Assembly: GCA_963534385.1 (NCBI GenBank)
Contig: CAUSSQ010000001.1
Span: 1-61,816, forward strand
Direction of reading: 5' to 3'
Origin: an uncultured Candidatus Saccharibacteria bacterium
GTDB taxonomy: Bacteria; Patescibacteriota; Saccharimonadia; Saccharimonadales; Saccharimonadaceae
DNA: 61,816 bases
Positions 41,192 to 49,182 of this stretch are shown piece after piece. Under the pieces are notes generated by a model. That model made no database searches, was not told the DNA's origin, and worked only from the letters and a program-made list of their open reading frames with translations. Numbering within the stretch: the first letter of the stretch is position 1; each line of letters begins with the position of its first letter. Position numbers and translations under genes: made by a program.

Positions 41192-42025
41192 ATGCAGCCA
41201 AACACGAATCAACCGATGCCAAATCAGCCTCAGCCCAATGCTAGAGGTGGGGTTAGCATACCTCAGACGGTTAAGCCCAAGCATCCTAATTCCACCCAGA
41301 ACGCCTTGAGGTTTAGTGAACTGAGGGATGATATGGTGATCATGAGTGATGGGTCCTTCCGAGCGGTGGTAGCGGCTCATTCCATCAACTTTGACCTGGT
41401 TAGCGCTAAGGAGCGTGAGAGTATCGAGTATGCCTACCAGGACTTCATTAATGCTCTTAACTTCCCGATCCAGATCTATATTCGTTCGGAGCGGGTTGAT
41501 ATCGGTCCATATCTAAATAAGCTCTCTCAGGTGCGTCAACGCCAAGACAACATGCTCCTCGGCGTTTTAATGGATGATTACATCCGGTTTATTAATGCCA
41601 TTTCTAAGGAAGCGAATATCATGGATAAGAGTTTCTTCGTGATTATCCCTTATGACACCAGCGAAGGTAAGCAGCGGATCGGTGATTCATCCAGTAATAA
41701 AGGGCTCATCGCTAAGATGTTCAGTAGCAATGATACCCATATCTATGTCAAGATTCCGGCTGATCAATATGCCAAGGCGAAGAGCGAGCTTAATAACCGA
41801 GTGACGGCAGTGATCGGTGGGTTACGCCAGACCGGTGTTAAGTCGGTCCGATTAAATACTAAGGAATTGGGTGAGCTTTATTATAATGTCTACAACCCCG
41901 ACACTGCTCTGCGTCAGCCGATTGGTGATTTTCGACAATATCTGGGCGACGTAGTTCAGAAAGGTCAGGGCGAAGCTAAACTTAATCTAGTAGGTACGAT
42001 GTACGATGAGCAGAGACCGGAATAA
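41192..42025 (+). CDS. T4SS VirB4/TraC N-terminal-like protein
   Basis: INFDL.S..ERE.I...Y..F.NAL.FPIQI motif; overlaps the VirB4 ATPase gene. Confidence 0.7.
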   Translation: MQPNTNQPMPNQPQPNARGGVSIPQTVKPKHPNSTQNALRFSELRDDMVIMSDGSFRAVVAAHSINFDLVSAKERESIEYAYQDFINALNFPIQIYIRSERVDIGPYLNKLSQVRQRQDNMLLGVLMDDYIRFINAISKEANIMDKSFFVIIPYDTSEGKQRIGDSSSNKGLIAKMFSSNDTHIYVKIPADQYAKAKSELNNRVTAVIGGLRQTGVKSVRLNTKELGELYYNVYNPDTALRQPIGDFRQYLGDVVQKGQGEAKLNLVGTMYDEQRPE

Positions 42026-43850
42026 GAAGAAAGCCCAGCAGCAACAGGCCAGCCTGTTAGCTCAGCAGCAGGCTCGAGAAGCCTCTGAAGTAGAGAGTGT
42101 CCTACAAAAAGGTATTACCACTCTACGTGACTTAGTAGCTCCGGCTAGTCTGGAGTTCAAGTCTAATTACTTTAACCTAGGTACTCGCTTCTGCCGGACT
42201 CTCTACGTCTACGGATACCCCCGGTCTATTTATACCGGCTGGCTGTCATCAATCATTAATCTAGATGAAGTCCTGGATATCTCGATGTTTATCTATCCGG
42301 TTGACTCCCGGGTAGTCATGGAGAATCTGCAGCGTAAGGTGACTCAGCTTGAGGCGTCGATGCAGATCAATGCCGAGAAAGGCATGGTGCGTGATCCGGC
42401 CATGCAGGCATCGTACCAGGATGCAGAAGAGCTACGAGACAAGCTTCAGGTAGGGTCAGAGAAGTTCTTCCGTTTCGGCTTGTACTTGACGCTGTCATGT
42501 AAGAGTGAGAGTGAGCTTGCTTTCGTCACTCATAAGATTGAGACTTTACTGGGTCAGCAGATGGTACTAACCAAGGTGGCTAGCGCCCAGCAGGAGCAGG
42601 GTCTTAACTCGACCGTGCCACAGTTTACTGACGACTTACAGATCCGTCACAACATGGACACTGGCGCTCTATCGACTACTTTCCCCTTCACTTCAGCCGA
42701 CTTGACTCAGGATAATGGTATCTTCTACGGGGTTAATCTTCATAACAACGGCCTGATCATCTTTGATCGGTTTAGCTTAGAGAATTACAATATGGTCGTC
42801 TTTGCTAAATCTGGTTCGGGCAAGTCATTCACTGTTAAGCTGGAGGCGCTCCGGTCGATGATGATGGGGGTAGATATCATCATTATCGATCCGGAGAACG
42901 AGTATCAGAAGCTCTGTGAGGCGGTCGGCGGCTCGTATATCCGCTTGTCACTCAGCAGTGAGACCAGGGTCAACCCCTTTGACTTGCCTCGAGTGATCGA
43001 TCAAGATGACGTTAATGCCGGTGACGAAGTCGATGCTCTCCGGGCTAACCTAATTACTCTACATGGCTTATTGCGTCAGATGCTAGGCTCAAGCCAGGTA
43101 GCTTCAGATGGTACGGTAGTCAACATCTTAACTCCCAGGGAAGAGGCTGATCTTGACCAAGCCCTGATCGATACCTATGCTCGAGCCGGTATTACTTCCG
43201 ACCCGCTGACCCAGAACTCTACCCCGCCTATCATGTCTGACTTGATGGACACCTTGCTTCATATGGGTGGTACCGGTCCGGAGCTGGCTCAACGTCTGCG
43301 TCAGTATACGACAGGGACATTTGCCGGTATCTTTTCACAGCAGAGTAACGTGGCGATCAATAACCACATGGTAGTCTTTAATATCCGTGATCTTGAGGAT
43401 GAGCTCAGGCCGGTGGCGATGTATATCGTACTGAACCATATCTGGGGTAAAGTGCGTTCAGACCAGCGTAAACGCTTCCTGATCGTTGATGAGGCATGGC
43501 AGCTGATGAAATACCCCGATAGTGCTAACTTCATGTTCTCGCTGGCTAAGCGGGCTCGTAAGTACAACCTCGGCTTGACTACGGTGACTCAAGATGTAGG
43601 TGACTTTATTACTTCACCGATGGGTCAGGCGATCGTCGCTAACTCATCGATCCAGATCCTACTGAAGCAATCACCGACAGCCATTGATGTCTTAGGGCGA
43701 GTCTTTAAGCTAACGGAAGAGGAGTTAAAGCGGCTATCGAATTTCTCGGTCGGGCAGGGTCTCTTCTTTGCCGGGCAGAACCACGTGATGATTCAGATCT
43801 TACCTTCAGAGACAGAAACCCGTCTAATCTCGACCACTCCCAATCAATAA
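42006..43850 (+). CDS. virB4: VirB4-like T4SS ATPase
   Basis: AKSGSGKSF, IIDPENEY, VNPFD, IVDEAW, RARKY..TVTQ. Confidence 0.85.
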   Translation: MSRDRNKKKAQQQQASLLAQQQAREASEVESVLQKGITTLRDLVAPASLEFKSNYFNLGTRFCRTLYVYGYPRSIYTGWLSSIINLDEVLDISMFIYPVDSRVVMENLQRKVTQLEASMQINAEKGMVRDPAMQASYQDAEELRDKLQVGSEKFFRFGLYLTLSCKSESELAFVTHKIETLLGQQMVLTKVASAQQEQGLNSTVPQFTDDLQIRHNMDTGALSTTFPFTSADLTQDNGIFYGVNLHNNGLIIFDRFSLENYNMVVFAKSGSGKSFTVKLEALRSMMMGVDIIIIDPENEYQKLCEAVGGSYIRLSLSSETRVNPFDLPRVIDQDDVNAGDEVDALRANLITLHGLLRQMLGSSQVASDGTVVNILTPREEADLDQALIDTYARAGITSDPLTQNSTPPIMSDLMDTLLHMGGTGPELAQRLRQYTTGTFAGIFSQQSNVAINNHMVVFNIRDLEDELRPVAMYIVLNHIWGKVRSDQRKRFLIVDEAWQLMKYPDSANFMFSLAKRARKYNLGLTTVTQDVGDFITSPMGQAIVANSSIQILLKQSPTAIDVLGRVFKLTEEELKRLSNFSVGQGLFFAGQNHVMIQILPSETETRLISTTPNQ

Positions 43851-43853
43851 GCT

Positions 43854-44783
43854 ATGGATGGTATCAAACGTATCGTTGTCGTCTTTTCTCATCACTCGAC
43901 CAAGGCGAAACGCTACCGGCAGGTACGTGATCGATTGGTTGCCACCGGTCAAGAGCTTGGTTGGGGGCTGCGGGAAGTCTGTCTGGACAATATCCCCTAC
44001 CACCAAGTGATAGAGCGATTATCTCCGGAGCTGCTGGATGGTGATCTGGTCATTGCGGCGGGAGGCGACGGCATCGCTCAGGTGACTTTTCAGGCGGTTT
44101 ATCAGGCTAACCGGGCAATTGTCTACGGTACTATCCCGCTAGGTAACGGTAATGACATTTCTCGAGCCTTTAATGGTCATCACCGTTCGGCTCGGGCGAT
44201 CCTTAACCAGTCGGTAGTTGATTATCATCCGCTGAATATCGTAGTAGACGGAAGGCTCACTTTCTCGCTGGCCTCTTATGTCACTTTCGGGGCGACGACC
44301 GTCCTGGTTGATTGTCTTAATCAGACCCCGATCAGACGAGCTCGTCGGACACTTCGACGTTTATCACCGGCTGCTTCTCTACCGCTTAATCAGTTAGGAA
44401 AAATATCTCGTCGGATTGACCGGCTGGAGTTCCCCGATTTTTACCGAGACGGACGACTAATGCGGGACGATTCGATCGGCTTTTTCACCATTTCGGCCGC
44501 CCATAATGTTTTACGCCTACCTAAAGATATCAGGCTAGCTCGTTCGGAGTTCTTTTTTCATCACGCTATGACCAAGGGTAAGAACCTAGGGCAAAAGATC
44601 TTGATGGCCGGTCTCTGGACGGCTAAGTTACCGGGCGTCCTAACCGATCTGGAAGAGCTGAAGTTCACTGATAACCAAGCAGATATTACCGCTAATATCT
44701 CCGGTGACAATATCAACCTTGGTCCGGTCAAGGAGATGGTGGCGATTCGCTCGTCTCGTCCGGTACGAGTCTTATTTAACTAG
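43854..44783 (+). CDS. diacylglycerol kinase catalytic-domain family protein
   Basis: AAGGDG, IPLGNGND motifs. Confidence 0.75.
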   Translation: MDGIKRIVVVFSHHSTKAKRYRQVRDRLVATGQELGWGLREVCLDNIPYHQVIERLSPELLDGDLVIAAGGDGIAQVTFQAVYQANRAIVYGTIPLGNGNDISRAFNGHHRSARAILNQSVVDYHPLNIVVDGRLTFSLASYVTFGATTVLVDCLNQTPIRRARRTLRRLSPAASLPLNQLGKISRRIDRLEFPDFYRDGRLMRDDSIGFFTISAAHNVLRLPKDIRLARSEFFFHHAMTKGKNLGQKILMAGLWTAKLPGVLTDLEELKFTDNQADITANISGDNINLGPVKEMVAIRSSRPVRVLFN

Positions 44784-45824
44784 CTCCTGCTTAAACTTCT
44801 CTACCAGTGCGACCGGAGTCGGGTCAACGCCGTTAAGGAAGGCTAGGTAGATACTAGCCATATCGCCCAAGATGGCGCCATTAAGTACCTGCTCGATGTA
44901 GCTCTGACCTACTAGGACAAGGTTGTGCGCCTGGGGGCGGAAGCCGGATAAGAGGCGGTCAGTTAGGTCAAGCCGCCGGTTGATTCTGGGGTTATCGAGA
45001 TTACTTCTCAGATTGATCGCACAGAAGGGCTTATCGATCGGGTGAGAAGTCCAACCGATGAACTCATTATGATTAAACTCAGGAAACTCATTACACCAGA
45101 TGATATTCTTAGCATTCTCGTTAAAGCTGGTCTTCCACTTATAGGCTAAGGGGCTAAAGAGGTGGCTAGTATAGACCAAAGGGGTTTTACCGGCACAGTC
45201 AAGAGCTAGCTTCTTAGCCGGGTTGTGCTCAGTAGACACCTCGGGGGCTAATGACTGAGCGAATTGTCGGACACCCTCAGCTGAACCTACTAGTTGAGCG
45301 ACCGGCTGATGGTCTATTACCTGATAAGCTTCTAAGATGACGGTGATGGCTAGTAAGTGCATCGGTACACCATAGCGAGGCTGACTGATCTTGTCTAGCT
45401 GGATATAGGGTAGATGCTGCGCTATAGCTAACTCCAGTAGCTTACCGCCGCTAGTAATAACGGTCGTCATCGCTCCTTTATTCTGGGCGTCGGTCAATGA
45501 ACTGATCGTCTCTTCGGTATTACCGCTGACACTGACACAGATAACTAAGGAGTGACTATCGGTGTAAGCGGGTAGCTGATAGTCTCGACCCACCTCTAGT
45601 GGCACACTGAGCTGATAATCATGATCTAGCCAGGTCTGACAGATTAACCCGGCTAAGCACGAGCCACCCATGCCGCTAATGATGATGTTTCTAACCTCGC
45701 CGTGTTCTCCTACCTCGTGGTGCAGCTCAGGCTGAAAACTGAGCTGATCGGCCGAATTACTGATGACGGTCAGGGCTTGCTCCGGGTCGGCTTGCTTGAT
45801 CTGATCGATATTGTCTAGGTTCAT
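44772..45824 (-). CDS. bifunctional phosphoglucose/phosphomannose isomerase
   Basis: GMGGS, SVSGNTEET, TSGG.L, QPR, NENAK, PEFNHNE. Confidence 0.92.
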   Translation of the reverse strand: MNLDNIDQIKQADPEQALTVISNSADQLSFQPELHHEVGEHGEVRNIIISGMGGSCLAGLICQTWLDHDYQLSVPLEVGRDYQLPAYTDSHSLVICVSVSGNTEETISSLTDAQNKGAMTTVITSGGKLLELAIAQHLPYIQLDKISQPRYGVPMHLLAITVILEAYQVIDHQPVAQLVGSAEGVRQFAQSLAPEVSTEHNPAKKLALDCAGKTPLVYTSHLFSPLAYKWKTSFNENAKNIIWCNEFPEFNHNEFIGWTSHPIDKPFCAINLRSNLDNPRINRRLDLTDRLLSGFRPQAHNLVLVGQSYIEQVLNGAILGDMASIYLAFLNGVDPTPVALVEKFKQELVK

Positions 45825-45898
45825 CTCTCTCTTTCCTTGTTTGTTATGACTCTTATGCTATAATTATACTACTTTTATAACTAAAAACAGGTGGGAGT

Positions 45899-46435
45899 AT
45901 GCAGAATCAATCGGGTGTTAATGATGAAGAGCTAAACAAGATGATCGCCAGCTTGCGACAGGAGCAACAGACTAATGCGCCGGCTGGTCAGGTAGTGAAC
46001 CAGCCACCAGCTCAACCGGCTAAGCCTGCTCCGGCTACTCCGGCTAAACCGACCGGTAAATCCGGTCCGGCTCAACCCGCTGACCCTATCTTGACTGATG
46101 TCTTAGCTCAGCCCGCTAAGCCGGCTAAGGCGAAGTCTGAGCCTGTTACTCCACCGAACGTTAATTCACTAGGTCATAATGTCGATAGTGGAGCGCTTGG
46201 TGATATTCGTCTGCAAGTTATTTCAGAGTTGCGACCACTGGTAAATAGACTTGATTTCTTGGCGCCGGCTGATAAGTTTGATACTCTCCTACTGCTGATC
46301 CGGACGATTGATGATAGTTCGCTCATCCCGATGGCACATCAGGCTGCTATGGCGATCCCTGATGAAGTGAAGAGAGCTCAGGCACTCCTGGACATCTTAA
46401 AAGAGATCGATTTCTTCACTCAGAAGAAAGGTTAG
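45899..46435 (+). CDS. hypothetical protein, Pro/Ala/Lys-rich N-half and helical C-terminal domain
   Basis: ORF with TGcTATAAT promoter and GGGAG SD. Confidence 0.7.
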   Translation: MQNQSGVNDEELNKMIASLRQEQQTNAPAGQVVNQPPAQPAKPAPATPAKPTGKSGPAQPADPILTDVLAQPAKPAKAKSEPVTPPNVNSLGHNVDSGALGDIRLQVISELRPLVNRLDFLAPADKFDTLLLLIRTIDDSSLIPMAHQAAMAIPDEVKRAQALLDILKEIDFFTQKKG

Positions 46436-46469
46436 TTCTACCCTCCTGAGACTTAGCTTGACTAGCTTA

Positions 46470-46498
46470 ATATAGCCCGAGTATGACTCGGGCTATAT
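46470..46498. terminator. hairpin between convergent genes
   Basis: ATATAGCCCGAGT-ATG-ACTCGGGCTATAT, 13-bp perfect stem without a U-tract. Confidence 0.6.
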
Positions 46499-46525
46499 AG
46501 CTTAGGGAGTGCACTAGCTAGTTAA

Positions 46526-48151
46526 CTAATAACCCATCCCCATACCGGGATTACCGGCTGCTTCAGCGGTCGGCTTCTCGGGGATATCTACTACCAGTGC
46601 CCCCATAGTCATGGCGGTACTGGCGATCGAAACGGCGTTTTGGATCGCTTGGTAGGTAACCATCGCCGGGTCAACCACTCCGGCCTTCTTCAGGTCGATC
46701 AGCTTACCTTGGTAGTTCGCTACATCGACACCGTAGCCGGGCTTAGCCTCTTGCACCTGAGCTAAGAGTGCCTCGGCGTTTAAGCCGGCGTTAGTAGCTA
46801 GCTGTTTAAAGGGCATTAGTAGAGCATTACGCATGATCTCCGCTCCGGCACTATCACCGGTAATCTTACTGGCTAAGTTGATCGGGGTTACTCCACCGCC
46901 TGGCACTATTCCCTCCAGCAGGGCTGCCTTGACGGCTGCTACGGCGTCATCTACCCGATATTTCTTCTCGTCGATTTCGGTCTCGGTCGCCCCACCGACC
47001 TTAATCACGGCGACTTTACCGCTGAGGGCAGCGGCTCGTTTATCCAGCTGCTCTCGATCGTAATCTGAGGTAGCGACGCCGGCTTGAGCCTTGATCTGGT
47101 CGATGCGTTGGCTAATGGTAGTCTTGTCACCGGCTCCTTCAATGATCGTAGTATTATCCTTGGCGACAATCACCTTGCGGGCTGAGCCGACTACCTCTAG
47201 CCCGACATTATCAAAGGTCATACCTTGATCAGAAGTAATGACGCTAGCTCCGGTCAATGTGGCGATATCTTGCAAGACTTCCTTGCGCCGATCACCAAAG
47301 GATGGTGCCTTAACGGCGACAGTATTGAGAGCCCCCTTGAGGCGGTTAAGGATAAGGATACCCAGTGCTTCACCCTCGACATCTTCGGCGATCAGCACGA
47401 TATCTTTCTTGCCGGAGGCAACCAGCTTCTCCATCAGAGGAAGCATTTCTTGAGCTGAGCTGATCTTCTTATCAGTGATAATAATAGCCGGCTTGTCATA
47501 GACGGCTTCCATCCTATTGGTATCAGTCGCCATATAGGCAGAGACATAGCCTCGGTCAAAGGTGAAACCTTCGGTGATTTCCGACTCCATAGCTAGACCT
47601 TGACCGGCTTCGACGCTGACCACCCCATCTTTACCGATACGAGAGATAACACTGGCGATCAGCTTGCCGATCTCAGTGTCACCGGCACTAATACTGGCCA
47701 CCTCAGTGATGAGGTCGTTCTTACCATCGACCGGCTCGGCGATCTTATTAAGCTCACTTAATACCTGAGTACCGGCCTTTTCGACACCCTTGCGCAGCTC
47801 CATCGGATTATGTCCGGCAGCGATCAGCCGATTAGCCTCTTTTAAGATCTCATAGGTCAGGACAGTCACGGTGGTAGTACCATCGCCGGCCGCTTTGTTC
47901 ATCTTCTTGGCTGCCTGTTTGATCAGCTCGGCACCAACCTTCTCGCCCAGATTATCCCCATTTTCCGGTAGGTCGATCGCCTCAGCGACGGTGACACCGT
48001 CATGAGTGACATTTGGTCCACCGTAGGACTTGCTGATGACTACATTACGCCCTTTCGGACCCATAGTAGTCTTGACTGCATCGGCTAAGGTCTTAGCACC
48101 GGCGAGAACCTTCTCTCTCGCTTCATCACCATAGAATACTTGCTTTGCCAT
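46526..48151 (-). CDS. groL: chaperonin GroEL
   Basis: TMGPKGRNV, GDGTTT, FDRGY, KVGGATE, GMGMGY tail. Confidence 0.99.
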   Translation of the reverse strand: MAKQVFYGDEAREKVLAGAKTLADAVKTTMGPKGRNVVISKSYGGPNVTHDGVTVAEAIDLPENGDNLGEKVGAELIKQAAKKMNKAAGDGTTTVTVLTYEILKEANRLIAAGHNPMELRKGVEKAGTQVLSELNKIAEPVDGKNDLITEVASISAGDTEIGKLIASVISRIGKDGVVSVEAGQGLAMESEITEGFTFDRGYVSAYMATDTNRMEAVYDKPAIIITDKKISSAQEMLPLMEKLVASGKKDIVLIAEDVEGEALGILILNRLKGALNTVAVKAPSFGDRRKEVLQDIATLTGASVITSDQGMTFDNVGLEVVGSARKVIVAKDNTTIIEGAGDKTTISQRIDQIKAQAGVATSDYDREQLDKRAAALSGKVAVIKVGGATETEIDEKKYRVDDAVAAVKAALLEGIVPGGGVTPINLASKITGDSAGAEIMRNALLMPFKQLATNAGLNAEALLAQVQEAKPGYGVDVANYQGKLIDLKKAGVVDPAMVTYQAIQNAVSIASTAMTMGALVVDIPEKPTAEAAGNPGMGMGY

Positions 48152-48427
48152 TTATTTCTCCTTTACTATCGCCAGGACATCTTCTTCTTTGACGATCAGG
48201 TACTCGACTCCGTCTACCTTGATATCACTGGTCGAGTACTCTCGTACTACGATTCGCTCCCCTGTCTTAATCTCTTTGACATCCTGACCGACTGCTACTA
48301 CCTTAGCGATCTGCGATTTTTCTTTAGTATCAGCTGGTAGGTATAGTCCGGTAGCTGTCTTAGTGGCGGCTTCTTCCCGCATAGCGACTAAGCGATCAGC
48401 TAAGGGACGAAGTGGAACATTACTCAT
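48152..48427 (-). CDS. groS: co-chaperonin GroES
   Basis: LRPLADR, TATGLYLP, VVAVG, EEDVLAIV. Confidence 0.97.
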   Translation of the reverse strand: MSNVPLRPLADRLVAMREEAATKTATGLYLPADTKEKSQIAKVVAVGQDVKEIKTGERIVVREYSTSDIKVDGVEYLIVKEEDVLAIVKEK

Positions 48428-48476
48428 TTACTCCTCCTTATCATATTGACCGATACAGCTAATATAGCGCAGATAG

Positions 48477-48503
48477 TTAGCACTTGCAAGCCTAGAGTGC
48501 CAG
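48477..48503. promoter_or_regulatory. CIRCE (HrcA operator) overlapping the groES -35
   Basis: TTAGCACTT-N9-GAGTGCCAG vs consensus TTAGCACTC-N9-GAGTGCTAA; minus-strand TTGCAA-17-TATATT. Confidence 0.85.
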
Positions 48504-48531
48504 AAAGAGTTTATGATTATCCGGTAGCTAG

Positions 48532-49182
48532 CTAGTAGCCTCGCCGCTCGCTCTTGATCCGGTCGTTGCAGTTGAAGTCACCATAGATTAGCTGTGACTT
48601 ATCGAGGCAAAGGATCAGCGTAGTGTAGTCGTATAGTCCTGAAGTCTCGGCAGGTAGGGGCGAGTAGCTGTCTTTCACCTGGTAAGACTGCTTGACCTTA
48701 GGTAAGTCGATGATGAAGTCTGTCTGGTAGATCAGCTTGTCGGCGTCAGTCATAGTCTGACGATAGCTATTCTTGCGGATGATGATATCGCCATGATCGC
48801 CTGACACCTTATTGAGCCTGAGAGTGTAACCGATCTGACGCTGGATGTTTAGTATCTCTTCTCTAGGTAGATTCTGGGCGACTTGGTCAAGTTTCTTAAC
48901 CGGGTAGTCCTCAGGGGCGATCTCATTGCTATTGTTGCTACGACTACCTGATGTGCCGGATGAGCCGGAACGGGAGCCGGAGTGAGATGAGCTGGAGGAA
49001 TTATTGCCGGTACTACCACCTGTACCGGTAGTCTTAGTACCACGGATAGTGTTAGTACCACCACCTCTGATATTAGCTTGGTCTCGTTTATTACCACCCA
49101 GCACCGTGGCTATGATGATGATAACCATGATCACCACCATCGTCACTGCGGCTATCAGGTATAGCTTGCGTTTGTCGGGCAT
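48532..49182 (-). CDS. single-TM protein with Gly/Ser linker, probably T4SS-associated
   Basis: abuts the VirB6-like gene with a 0-nt gap. Confidence 0.65.
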   Translation of the reverse strand: MPDKRKLYLIAAVTMVVIMVIIIIATVLGGNKRDQANIRGGGTNTIRGTKTTGTGGSTGNNSSSSSHSGSRSGSSGTSGSRSNNSNEIAPEDYPVKKLDQVAQNLPREEILNIQRQIGYTLRLNKVSGDHGDIIIRKNSYRQTMTDADKLIYQTDFIIDLPKVKQSYQVKDSYSPLPAETSGLYDYTTLILCLDKSQLIYGDFNCNDRIKSERRGY

